Positions 1 to 12,056 of a stretch of 64,000 nucleotides of DNA are shown piece after piece (the stretch's first letter is position 1; every line of letters starts with the position of its first letter). This stretch comes from Scenedesmus sp. PABB004 (lineage: Eukaryota), in assembly GCA_014905635.1 (NCBI GenBank), contig JABVCE010000017.1, forward strand, positions 434,001 to 498,000, written 5' to 3'. Both the position numbers and the translations under genes were made by a program. The notes below the pieces were generated by a model. The model saw only the letters and a list, made by a program, of their open reading frames with translations. It was not told the DNA's origin and did not search any database.

Positions 1-3000
1 GCCGGAGCCGGAGCCGGACCGCGCGCTGTGGCGCTCCGACAGCAGCTGCTCGGCAGCGTCAGGGCGGCGCTGCCAGCGCGCGCTGTCGGTGACGCTGCCG
101 CCGGAGCTGCAGGCGCCCGAGGACGCGACGTCCTGCGGCCCGCTGCCGGAGCGGCGCGGCAGCGACGGCGACGGCCGCGGCAGTGGTGGCCACGGCGGCG
201 ACAGCGACAGCGGCGGCTCCAACCCTGGCAGCGCCGAGCAGCGGCCGCAGGCGCGCGGCCTGGGCGCCGGCGCCGCGGGCGCCGCGGCGGGCGCCACTGC
301 CGCCGCCGGCGGCGCGCCGCCCGGCGGCGGCGGCGCCGGCGGCACGCCGCCGCGGCGCCCCGCGGTCGCGCCGCTCGCGGCGACGCACCGCGCGCTGGGC
401 ACGCCCGACTACCTGGCGCCGGAGCGGCTCATGGGCATGGCGTACGGCCCAGAGGTCGACTGGTGGGCGCTCGGTGTCATCCTGTACGAGTTTGTGTACG
501 GTGAGCTTGGGTTTGTGTGTGCGGGCGTTACGCTTGCCCGTCACAGCTGGTCGTCGTGCCGGCGGCGGCAGCCGCGGCGGCCGGCGTTTTGCGGGCGAGC
601 GCGGCGCGCCCCGCGCGACGCGCCGCGCCGCCCGCCGCCGCCGCGCGCCGCCGACGCTGCCCGCGCCCGCGCCGCAGGCGCGCCGCCGTTCAACGCGGAC
701 AGCCCGCAGGAGATATTCGACCGCATCCTCGACTGCTCCGTCGAGTTCCACCGCGACGAGGGCGGCGAGCACGTGGTCAGCGAGGAGTGCCGCGACCTCA
801 TCGCCCGCCTGCTGCAGGCGCGCGGCGGCCGGCGCGGCGGCGCGGCGGTCGGCGCGACGGCGCGGCCGGCGCGGCGCGCGGGGGATGGGTGCAGGCGGCG
901 CCGCCGACCCCGATGCCGCCGCCGCCGCGCAGGGCGACCCGGAGAAGCGGCTGGGCCACCGCGGCGCGGGCGAGGTGAAGCTGCACCCCTGGTTCAAGGT
1001 GACCGCGCCGGCTGCCGCGCTGCCGCGCCCGCCGCGCCCGCGCCGCCGCCGACCGCCGACCGCGCCGCGCGCCCGGCCGCCGCAGGGCGTCGAGTGGGGC
1101 AGCCTCGCGCGGCGCAAGGCGGCGTTTGTGCCCGACGCCGAGGCGGACGCCGCGTCGTCTGCGCCATACTTTGTGGAGAAGCCGTTCAGCAAGCACTCCA
1201 TCGCGGCCGACCTCTTCCCCAGCCCCTCGCCCGCCGCGTCGGCGGGGTCGGCGCTCGGCAGCGGCAGCGCCGCGGCCGGCACGCCGCGCGAGCCGCCGCC
1301 GCCGGCCGCGCCCGGCGCCGGCGGCGGCGGCAGCGCCGGCGGCAGCGGGTTCACGTCGCCCGCGCTCGCGCCCGGCGCGCACGCCGGCGGCGCGGCGGCG
1401 GCGGGCTGGCCGGGGCGCGTGTGGACGCCGGCGGGCACGCCGCGCGGCGGCGGCGGCTGGCCGGGCACGCCCACGGGCGGGCTCGTGCCGCCGGTGCCGC
1501 CCGCGTTCTTCGCGAGCTGCATCGCCGCCCTGCCCGGCGCCGGCGGCAGCCCCGCGCTGCTGGCGGGCTCGCCGGGCCTCGCCGGCCGCGGCGCGGGCCT
1601 CCGGCCGGCGTCGGCGGTCGGCGTCCCGGCGCCGGCGGGCGCGGCCGCCGCCGCGGCGGCGCTGCAGCAGCAGGGCCTCTCCGCGGACGGCAGCCCGGCG
1701 GCCAGCCGGGCGAGCAGCGCCAGCGGCGGCGTGGGCGGCAGCGGCGGTGCCCGCGCCGGGGCGCCGCCGCCGCCGGGCGGGGCCGCACTGCACGGCGGCG
1801 GCGTGCTGGCGCTGCTCGGCGCGGCGGCGGCCCCGGACGCGCGGGCCATGCGCGCCAGCTCGGACCAGGTGGACGCGGCGGCGCTGGCGGCGCTGCAGCA
1901 CCGCCAGCGCCGCTGGTCGGCGCGGCAGCTCGGCAGCCCCGGCCTGGCGTACGCGCAGGCGGCGCTGCTCACGCCGCCGCAGCTGCTGCGCGAGCGGCGC
2001 GGCGGCGCGCTCGGCGGCGCCGGCAGCGCCTGCAGCAGCCCCGCGGGGCCGGGGCTGAAGCAGCAGGCGGCGGCGCTGCCGGCGGCGGCGTTCGCCACCG
2101 CCGCCCGCGCGGCGGGCTCGCCAGCAGGCGGGGCGGCGGCCGAGGCGCCGACCGAGCCCGGCGCGGGCGCGGAGTGGGCCGCGGCCTGCCTCAGCCCCGC
2201 CAGCAGCAGCGCCGGCTGCGCGACGCCCGGCTCCGCCGGCTGCGCCAGCCCCGCGGCCGCGAGCGGGGCCTGCCGCCGCTGCCGCCGGGGCAGCAGGCGG
2301 CGCTGCCGCCGATGCTGGCGGCCGCGCTGCTCGGCAGCGACGCCGGCGCTGCCGGCGGCGGGCAGGACGCAACCGACGCGGCGCACGCCGCGGCGCTGCT
2401 GGTGTGCGCGGACGACTGGCCCGCGCAGCAGACGCAGGAGGCGCAGCGGCTCAAGGCGCGCAAGAGCAAGGGCTCGTCGCCGCAGCAGCGCCTCAAGCAC
2501 CAGTGGGCGCAGCAGCACGCGCTCGCGCAGCTGCAGCAGCTCGACGGCGGTGGCGCCGGCGTCGCCGGCGGCGGCGATGCGTACGCGCTCGCCGTCGCGC
2601 TCGAAAGCAGCGGCGGCGCCGCGAGCGCCGCCACGAGCCCCGGCTCCGCCCGCAGCAGCCGCGCGAGCAGCGAGGGCGGCACGGCAGGCGCCAGCAGCAG
2701 CGGCAGCCCCGGCGGCGGCGCGCCGCCGGCGCCGCTGCTGGCGAGCCTGGGGCCGCGCGTGTCGATGGACGTGCCGGCGCAGCGCGACCGCAGCCCGACC
2801 AAGCAGCTGCGCGCGCCAGGCGCGGACGGCGCAGCCGGCGCCAAGCCGCCGGGGGGGCCGGCGAGCGCGCCCGGGTCGCCGCGCTCTCCGCGCTCGCCGC
2901 GCGGCTCGCAGCGGCGCGCCTCGCTCAGTTCGCCGCGCGTGCCGCTGCGCGGCGCGAGCCCGCTGTCAGAAGCAGACTTCGAGCTGCCCGCGAGCGCGCA

Positions 3001-5945
3001 GGCGGCGAGCGCGCAGGCGGCCGCAGCGCCGCGGCCGCCCTCGCGCCTGTCCAGCCGCCCGGCGTCGCGCGCGGACGCCGGCAGCGCAGGCACGCTGCCG
3101 TGCCGGGTGTCGTCTGACGACACCGGCGCGCACGACTGCGCGCCGCCTGCGCCGGCGCCCGCGGCGGCGCAGGCTGGCGGCGCCGGCGCCAGCCCCGGGG
3201 CAGGGACGGGGCGGCGCAGCCGGCGTTCCACGGCAGCGAGCTGCTCGCGCAGCCGTCCGAGGGCCGCTGGAGCGACACGGTGAGCTGTCGGAGCGTGGCC
3301 TCCCACGCCAGCGACCTGTCGCTCGCCCTCGGCCTCGGACTCATGCGCGCCAGCAGCGGCGAGCCCTCCGCGCCAGGCACCGCCCGGCTGCGCTCGCCGA
3401 CGCCGAGCGGCTCGCCGTCGACGGCAGCGGCCGCGGCCGGCGCGGCGGGCGGCGGCGGCGGCGCCGGCGCCGGCGCCGGCGAGTCGCGGCGGCTGTTCAG
3501 CTTCAGCTTGTGGCGCCGGCCGGGCGAGCAGGCGGCGGCGGCGGCCGCCGCCGAGGAGGCCGCGGCGGCCGCCGGCGAGACGCCGGCCGCCGCAGCCCAG
3601 CAGCCCGCGCCGGTGCGCGAGCAGCAGCAGCAGCAGCAGCAGCAAGAGCAGCAGCAGCAGCAGCAGGAGCAGCAGCGCCACGTCGGGGCGCCAGCGGAGC
3701 TCGGCGACGGGCGGGGCGCCGGCGGCAGCGCCTCGCGGCGCAGCAGCAGCGGCGGCAGCGCCCGCTCGCCCGGCCCGCCGCCAGCCGGCGCGGCGGCAGC
3801 GCGCGCGGCTCGCCCGCGCGCGGCGCGCCCGCGAGCGACGCCCGCGGCGGCGGCGGCGGCCGCGGCAGCGGCAGCGGCGCCGCGCTCGGCGCGCCGCCGT
3901 CCGGCGGCGGCGCGGGGCCGCCGGCGCAGCCGCTCGGCGGCGGCCTGGACGCGGGGCTGGACGCGTTTGATGACTTTGCGTCGGTCAACGTCGAGGCGCT
4001 GCAGGAGCTGAACCGCGAGAAGCAGCAGGCCGAGCTGCTCGAGCCGATCGCCGCCGCGGTCTCGGCCGGCGGCAGCGGCGCGGGCAGCTCCGCCGGCGGC
4101 GGCGCGAGCGGCGGCGGCCGCGCCGCGGCGGTGGACGCGGCGGCGGCCGCTGAGCTGCCGTACCAAGCGCACAAGGCGCTCCTGTCTGGCTACGCTGCCG
4201 CCGCGGCGGCGGCGGGCGCGTCGGGCATGTCGGGCGCGCACCTCGCGCTGCACGCCGGCGGCAGCCGCCCCGCCAGCAGCAGCGGCGGCGGCGCCGCCGC
4301 GGCCGAGCCGCACGCGTGGTGGGCCGACGGCGGCGGCGCGGGGCACTGGTACGCCCCGCCCCCGCTCGCGGCGCCGCCGCTGGCGGCGCACGGCGGCTAC
4401 GCGCACGGCGGCTACGGCGCCGCGCCGCTGTGGCCCGGCCCCAGCGACGGCGGCTGCGCGTACGCGGCGGGGCTGGGGCCGGAGGATGACGGCGAGGAAG
4501 ACCCCTTCATCGCCCAATACGGCCAGGGCCCGCCGCCGTGCCTCGCCGCGCCGCCGTACGGCCACGCGGCGGCCCCGCACGCCGGTGGCGGCGGCGAGTG
4601 GTGCTGGCCGCTCGGCGGCGCCGCGGGCGCGCGCCACGCGTCGCCGGCGGCGGAGCGCCACCACCAGCAGCAGGAGCAGCAGCAGCAGGGCGGCGCTGCG
4701 CTCGGCGGCGGCGCCCTGGAGTACCTGGACGTCGGCTCGCACGTGCTCGTCCCCGCGGCGCAGCTCGCGGCGATGCGCGCGCAGCTCGCCGCGCTGACCG
4801 CGGCGCTGACCGCGCACGCGGCCGGCGGCGCCGAGCTCGCGGCCGCGGCCGCCGCCGCGGCCGCGGAGGCGGCGGCGGCGCAGCAGCAGCAGCTCTACCT
4901 GATGCCGTGCAGCCTGGCGGTGCCGGGCGACGGCGGGCCGCCGCAGACGGTGTACCTGCAGCTGCAGGAGCACCAGGCGCTGCAGGTGCTGCGCGAGCTG
5001 CAGCCCAGCGGCGGCGGCGGCGGCGGCGGCGCGATCGAGCCGGCGCCGCCGCTGGGCTACGCGAGCGAGCCGCTGCCAGCGCCGGCCGTGGGGCAGGGGC
5101 GCGGCGCGTGCACGGCGCCGCTGCCGGCGCCGGCGGCCGGCGCCGGCGGGGACGGCGGCGGCGCGCTCGCGGCGCTGGCGGAGGTTGGCTGCCTGGTGGA
5201 GGGCGCTGGCGGCGCGCACGCGGGCGGCGCCGCGGGCAGCGGCACCAGCAGCCCCGGCGGCGCGGCGGCAGCGCGGGACGGCGGCGCCGCGCGCGGCCGG
5301 CTGCCGCGGGCGAGCCTGAGCACCAGCTACCTCGACCGCCTGCAGCCGACGGCGCGGCACTCCGACCCCGGCAGCCCCAGCCCGGGCGGCTGGGGCTGGG
5401 GCGCCGCGCCGGCGGCGCACGCGCGCGCGCCGCGCGGCCTGCAGCACGCGCGCTCGCACGGCGGCGGCTGGGGCGGCGGCGGGTCGCCGCTGTCCGCGCC
5501 GCGCGGCGGCGCCGGCGACGCGGCCGGCACGCCCGCGCAGCAGGTCGCGCAGCTCTGGGCGCGCTCGCCGCCGGGCGGCGGCGCCGCGGGCGGCGGCGGC
5601 CTGCCGGCGCCGGCATTCCCACTGGCCGGCGACGCCGGCTGGGGCGGCGGCCACGCCGGCGGCGCGCCCGCCTGGCACGACCCCGCCGCCGCGTTTTCGA
5701 CGCCCGCGGCGCAGCTCGCCGGCGCGCCGGGCGGCGGCGGCGGCAGCAGCCGCGACTTCCTCGCGCAGCTGCAGGCCATCGCGGCGGACGCGTCGCGGGG
5801 CTACCACTACCGGGCGAGCGACAGCGGCGCCGCATCGGGGCGCTCGTTCCTGCGCCGCGCCGCGACCGGCAGCCTGCCGGGCACGCTGCAGCACGGCGGC
5901 GGCGCGGCGGGCGGCGGCGGCGGTGGCGAGCCGCGCGCCGGGTGA
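1..5945 (+). CDS. AGC-family Ser/Thr kinase, IRE/MAST/Greatwall-like (5' part lies outside the window; multi-exon)
   Basis: Subdomains [17 protein letters not shown]...[16 protein letters not shown] | [17 protein letters not shown]...[10 protein letters not shown] | [22 protein letters not shown] | GVEW; introns at about 501-677, 818-932 (GC donor) and 999-1085. C-terminal AGC hydrophobic-motif-like [16 protein letters not shown] near 3967. The low-complexity tail needs frame changes near 2270, 3240 and 3800, so the 3' end is less certain. Confidence 0.8.
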
Positions 5946-6199
5946 GCGCCTGGGGTGTGGCGCGCGCAGCGGGGACACGCGTAAGCTAACGGCTGCACGC
6001 GCGCGCACGCCGCGCCTGGTTTAGTTGGGGGCGGTGGGGCGGCTCTCTGTCGTTCGTGCTGGCGCTGGGGCGGCGAGCGCTGGGCCGATTTTGACTTGCC
6101 CCGGCGCGCGGCTCCCGCGCGAGCCGCCGTCGGCGGTGGTGGTGGTGTGATTCTTTGGGCCTGGGAGACGCGCGCGCCCCGAGGTGGGGCGTGATGCAA

Positions 6200-6204
6200 T
6201 GTAA
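6200..6204 (+). promoter_or_regulatory. Probable TGTAA polyadenylation signal of the kinase gene
   Basis: TGTAA, the chlorophyte poly(A) signal, in an AT-richer patch about 255 nt after the stop at 5945. Confidence 0.45.
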
Positions 6205-6829
6205 TCGCACGCAGCATTTCCGCGCGGCCGCGCGGCGCAGCGGCGTCACCGACGGCGCGGCGCGGCGCGCGTCCCAGGGCGCTGCATCTCCGCCGATCCC
6301 GCGAGCGCCAGCAGCCACGGCCCCGCGACGCCGGGGGCGGGGCCGCGCGTCACAGCTTCGCCCACGGGGTGCGCGTGAGCAGGCCGCGCCAGGCGTCTCC
6401 GCAGCTCGGATGAGCACGCGGCGGCGGCGCCAGCGCGCCAGCGATGCCAGGCCAGCGATCCGGGCGCGTGGAGGGCGGGCAGGCAGCTTAAGGCGCACCT
6501 GGGCGGCCGACAAGCAAGCGCGCTTGTCACTTGGTTGATTGCGCCGGGTTCCTGGCCGCCCCGGCGCCGCACGGGCAGAACGGGGCGCCCGAGAGAACGA
6601 GCGACGCCGCCCGCGCACCCACGAACGGCGGTTGGCCTTGAATTGCGCCCGCCCGCCCTCGCGCGCCGCCCGCGGCTCCCGGGCGCGTGACTGGCAGCCG
6701 CAGCGCCAGTGCCGCCGCCTGTGTCGGCGCGGGCGCTCATGAGCTGCGGCGGCCCCAGCGGCGCGGGGAGGGCAGCAGCGGGCCCGCCGGCGCCAGACGC
6801 TCCCAGCGCGCACAAGTGGACGCAGCACC

Positions 6830-9800
6830 ATGCGCAGTGACGTTTTCGCCGCCGTCAGCAAGCTGTTCCAGGAGACTGAGGGGTCCGGCATGGTGAGGCC
6901 CGCCCCCGCGCCGCTGGGGCCGCCCCGCGCCGCCGGGGTGCGTGGGGAGACGGCCGCGAGCTGGAGGCAGCGCTCCGGTCGGCGAGCGCGGGGCCCGGCA
7001 GTCGGCGCTGGGCGGGGGAGGCGCCCATCTGCGGCGCCTGCTGCTGCTGCCGCGCTGCTGCGAGCACCCGCCCAGGGCGCTCCCCAGCGGCCTGTCGGCC
7101 AGCTCCCGCTGCCCGGGGCCGCGTCCCGCCCGCCGCGCCGACGCCGCGTGCCGCCGGCCGCCGCCGCAGGAGCCGGACTACAGCGAGCTCGCGCACGAGC
7201 TCGCCCAGCAGGAGGAGGCCGCGCACGCGCACGCGGCCGGCGGCGAGCAGCAGGGGCGGGAGCACCTGTTCCGCCTCTTTGTCGGCTGGGTGCCCAAGCT
7301 CTTCACCGAGCAGGACCTGCTGCCCCTCTTCCAAAAGGTGCGCACCGCTCGCTGGCGTAGCAGCAGCGGCCACTGCGGCGGCGGCCACCGTGGCGGCCAC
7401 CGCGGCGGCCACTGCGGCGGCGGCGGGCGGCGGGCGGCGGGCGGCGGGCGGCGCGCGCCGGGGCTTGGCCGCGCGCGCCGTGGCCCGCGCGGCGGCGCCG
7501 CTGTCGCGCCGCTGCTGCCGCCGCTCCCGCAAGCGGCGCCGGCGCGCGCGGGCGGGCCGGCGCCGGGCAGCAGCGACGAATGACGAATATTTAAACACAA
7601 ATAACAACACAAATAACACTGCCCCGCAGTACGGCGACGTGAAGGACATGATCATGCTCAAGGACAAGATCAGCGGCCAGCCGCGCGGCTGCGCGTTTGT
7701 GAGCTACGCGACCAAGGAGGAGGCCGAGGCTGCGATCGCGGCGCTCGACAAGGGCGTGCACCTCCCCGGCGCGCTCTGCCCCATGGAGGTGCGGCGCCGG
7801 CGGCGGCGCGCGCAGGGCGTGCGCTCGCAGGACGCTTGCAGGACGCGCTCGCAGGACGCGCTCGCAGGACGCCGGCGTTCGCAGGACGCGCCGGCGCGCT
7901 GCGCGGCGCCGCGCCGGCGCGCCGCCGACGCGCCGCCGCCGCGCGCCGCGTGCGTCGCAGGTGCGCTTTGCGCGCAGCCACCAGTACGTGCCCGCTGGGC
8001 AGGGGCCCGAGGACAACCGGCAGCTCTTCTTCGCCCGCGCGCCGCTGCGCACGACCGAGGACGAGCTGCGCGCGCTGTTCGCGCGCTTCGGCGAGGTGCG
8101 CGCGGGGACGAGCGGGCGCGCGCACGCATGCAGAGCGGCCAGCACGCCACGCAGCAGCAGCAGCCGCCGCCTCACGCCCGCCGCCGCCGCCGCTGCCGCC
8201 GCCGCTGCTGCCCCTGTCGCTGTCTCCGCAGGTGGTCGAAATCAACCTCTTCCGTGAGCGCCGCACCGGGCTGTCCAAGGGCTGCGGCTTTGTGACGATG
8301 GCCGCGCGCGAGCAGGCCGTCGCGGTGCGCGAACGCGCGGGCGCGCGGCGGGGGCAGGCGGGGCAGCGGTGCTGGCGGTGCTGGCGGCGCGCGGCTCGCG
8401 CCCGCCGCAGCAGCGGCCGTGGGCGCCCGTCGAGCCCGGCCCCGCCGCGCGCGCGCAGGCGATGGCGGCGCTGGACGAGAAGCAGCTGCTCGAGGGCGGC
8501 GTCACGCCGCTCGCCGTCAAGTGGGCCGACCCGGACCTCCAGGCGCGGCGCGCACGCGGCTTGCAGCCTTGCAGCCTTGCACGCGCGCGGCGCGCAGCCT
8601 TGCCCGGGCCGCGCGCCGACGCGCCGCCGCCGCCGCCGCGCCCGCCGCCGCGCGCGGCCGCAGGTGAAGAAGCGGCGCGCGGTGGAGGACAGCAACGCCG
8701 ACAACCGCATGGTGCGCCGGCGCGCCGCCGCCCGGGCGCCAGCGCCGCCGCCCTTTCATCCGACGCACGCCCGCCCGCCCGCCCGCGCGCCCGCCCGGCC
8801 CGCCGCAGCTGTTCTTTGCGAAGGTGCTGCGCAGCGCGACCGAGGCCGAGGTGCGCGCGCTGTTCAGCCGCTTCGGGCGCGTCGTGGAGATCAACCTCTT
8901 TCGGGTCTTCCTGGTGCGTTACTTTTCTTGTCATTTTGTCATTTTCGTTGTTGCCTGCCGGCGTTTGAACGCCTCGAGGCGGTGCCCGCCGCCGCGGCGC
9001 GGCGGCGCCGGCAGCGCCTCCTCCCCCCGCCGGCGCCTGCCGACGCCTGCCCCCGCCCGCCGCGCGCCGCCGCCGGGCCGCAGGGCGCGCCGACGACCAA
9101 GGGCTGCGGGCTCGTGACGATGGCGACCAACGCCGAGGCGGTCGCGGCGATCGACGCCCTCGACAGCCGGCACACCTGGGAGGGCATGGACGCGCCCATG
9201 GTGCGCCGCTGGCGGCGCCGCCGCAAGGGGAAGGAGGGGGCCCATCGGCGGGCGGGCGCGCCACCGCCGCGAGCGCCGCGAGCGCGCCGCCGCCGCCGCC
9301 GCCGCCGCCACCGGCGCGCAGGTCGTCAAGTGGATGGACGTGGCGCTGCAGAAGCGGCGGCGCGAGGAGCACCTCGCGGCGATGCGGCAGGGCCTGGTGC
9401 CCAGCATGGCGACCAGCGGTGAGCGCGGCGCGGGCGCCCGCTCGCGCGCCGCCGTCGCCCGCCGCTGCCCACGCACCCACGCGCCGCTCCCCTCGCACCC
9501 ACGCGCCGCCGCCGCCGCCGCGCCGATGCTGCAGGGAGCGACCTCATCTGGTCGGGCAGCAGCAGCCGCGCGAGCAGCAGCACCGGCGGCGCCGCGGGCG
9601 GCGGCGCCGGCGGCAGCGGCAGCCGCGGCCGCCTGCTCGACGCCGCGGGCGCCAAGGCGGCCGCGGAGCTGCCGGGGCTGCTGCCGGCGGAGCTGCCGCC
9701 GGTAGGGTGCGCGCCAGACGCGTACAAGCTCTTCGTGGGCAACGTGCCAAAGCCGTACACCGAGGAGGACCTGCGCCCGGTGCGGCGTCGGCGGCGGCGA

Positions 9801-10643
9801 CGGCTTAGCAGGGCTGCGCAGCAGGGCTTTGCAGGGCCCGGGCCGCGCGAGCCGCCAAGCCCGCGCACGACCCGAACGTTTGAATTCAAACGCGCGCCGC
9901 CGCGCAGGTGTTTGAGGCGGTCGGGCCGATCGTGGAGCTGGTGGTCGTGCGGGACAAGTTCAGCCACGAGTCCAAGGGCAGCGCGTTCGTGTGGTACCGC
10001 TCCCGCGCCGACGCCGACCAGGCGGCGCAGCAGTTCAACCTCAGCCGCGTGCTGCACGACCCCACCGGCGAGCAGACGCGGCCGATGGTCGTGCGCCGCG
10101 CCAACACGCGCAAGCCCTCGGGTGCGCCGCGCCGCCGCTGCCGCCTGGCCGCCGGCCCGCTGCCCGCCCGCCCGCGCCGCCCCCGCCGACGGCGCTGACG
10201 CCGCCCGCCGCCCGCGCGCGCACGCGCGCCCGCAGGCGCGGTGCCGCCGCACCTCGCGCACGCGCACCTGCTGGCGGGCGGCAGCGGGCTCGGCGGCGCC
10301 GGGCTCGGCGCCGGCCCGCGCGGCGCCACGGGCCTGCCCGCCGGGCTGCTGCTGGTGCAGCAGGCGGCCGCGCTGTCGCGCGACTACGGGCAGCCTGGCC
10401 CCGGCATGGCCCTGGGCGGCGTGGGCCTCGCCGCCGGCGGCGGCGGCGACTTGCCGCTGCACCTTCAGCCCATGGTCGCAATGCAGGCGCGCGCCGGCGC
10501 GCCGGGCCGCGGCGCGCGCGGGCGCCCGCCCCCGCGCGCCCCGGCCTGCGGCCGCCTCGCGCCCCCGCGCCCCCGCCCCCCCCCCCCCCCGCGCCCCGCT
10601 CACGCCCATGCCCTCGCCGCCGCCGCCGCCGCGACGCGCGCAG

Positions 10644-10694
<51 letters not shown>

Positions 10695-11369
10695 TACCAG
10701 CACGCAATGGGCTACTTTGCTGCCCCCCACCCCCCGGCCTACGCGGCCGGCAGCAGCGACAGCAACGCGGCGAGCAGCAGCGCGGGCGGGCTGTTCTGCT
10801 CGCAGCCGCACCACCTCAGCGGGCCCGCCGACGCCGCGGCGCTGCTGGTGCAGCAGCAGCAGCTGCTGCAGGCGCCGCCGCCGCCGCCGCAGCAGCAGCA
10901 GCAGCAGCAGCGGCAGATGGCCTGTGCTGCGGCCCAGCAGCAGCAGCAGCAGCAGTACATTTACATGCCGCAGCCGCAGCAGCAGCCGCAGCCGCAGCCG
11001 GTGCGGCTCGCGCCGGCGCCCGCGGCGCCGGCGCCGGCCGCGGGCGCGCCGCCGCCGGCGCACGCGCCGCCGCCGCCGCGCGGCGTCGGGCCGGTCGTGC
11101 AGGTCGGGCTGCAGCTCGGCGGCGGCCAGGCGGCCGCGCTGACGCCGCACCTGTACGGCGTCGCCAGCATGACGGGCGTCGACATCAGCAGCGTGCCGGT
11201 GGCGGGCGGCCATTGGTACCTGGCGCTCACCGGCGCGCAGAGCCAGGTGGAGGCGGCGCGCGGGCTCGTGGCGTCGCTGCTCTCGCAGCTCGGCGGCGTC
11301 GCGCCGGCGCCCGGCGGCGGCCCGCTCGCCCACATGGGCGGCGGCGGCGCCGGCGGTCGGTTCATGTGA
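6830..11369 (+). CDS. CELF/Bruno/FCA-like RNA-binding protein with four RRMs, polyQ and a KH-like C-terminus (about 14 exons)
   Basis: Spliced RRMs: LFVGWVPK...RGCAFVSY; LFFARAP...KGCGFVTM; LFFAKVL...KGCGLVTM; LFVGNVPK...KGSAFVWY. Exon phases join consistently across the GT/GC-AG introns. Confidence 0.85.
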
Positions 11370-11972
11370 GCCGCCGCTGGCGCGGCGCCGCGCGAGAGGG
11401 GGGGGGGGCGGGGCGCGTGCGGCGCAGCGCGCCGCACGTGGAGCGCCAGGCGATGAGAGGGGCCGCCGCGACGGCGGCTCCGTCGCGCTCCGCCCTGCCG
11501 CGCGCGGTGCGCCTCGCGCGGGCCGTGCGCGCGTGCCGCGCGCGATGGCCTGTGCTGCTGCGGCGGCCGGGCAGGCGGGCGGGCGGGCGGGTGGCAGCGG
11601 CGGCGTGGCGCGCAGCCGCAGGCGCCGTGTGCGTGAGACGCGCACGGCGGGACCCGCGCTACGGCTGGCTGGAAGTGGATCACTGGCGGGCCTTGGGATG
11701 CATGAGTAGATGGCCAGTGAGTAGATGGCCAGGCCCTGGCCATATCTGGGCATGCCGTGACGGCAGGCGCACGTGAGCCGTGCAGCGCGCTGACACGAGC
11801 GCCGCCGCGCCGGGGGACTCAAACCCTGAACGCCCCCCGGCCGCGGCGCGCGCGGCCCCGGCCGTGCGCACCCGAGCGGCGCCGCCCGAGGTGGGCGCCC
11901 GCTCGGCGTCGGGGTTGAGGCCGTGGCCCGCCGCATGGTTGACCATTGTGACGCTGAAGCTGATTATGATGG

Positions 11973-11975
<3 letters not shown>

Positions 11976-12051
<76 letters not shown>
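11976..12051. repeat. (CA)n microsatellite, about 38 units
   Basis: Perfect CA run; a shorter (TG)n lies at about 12358-12382. Confidence 0.97.

Positions 12052-12056
<5 letters not shown>

Noticed and set aside
59..6008. Very long overlapping ORFs on both strands (e.g. 183-5945, 2925-6008, 59-2518), and similar ones throughout the window
   Set aside because: Stop codons are rare at this GC content; the translations are Arg/Ala/Pro noise except where they overlap real exons.
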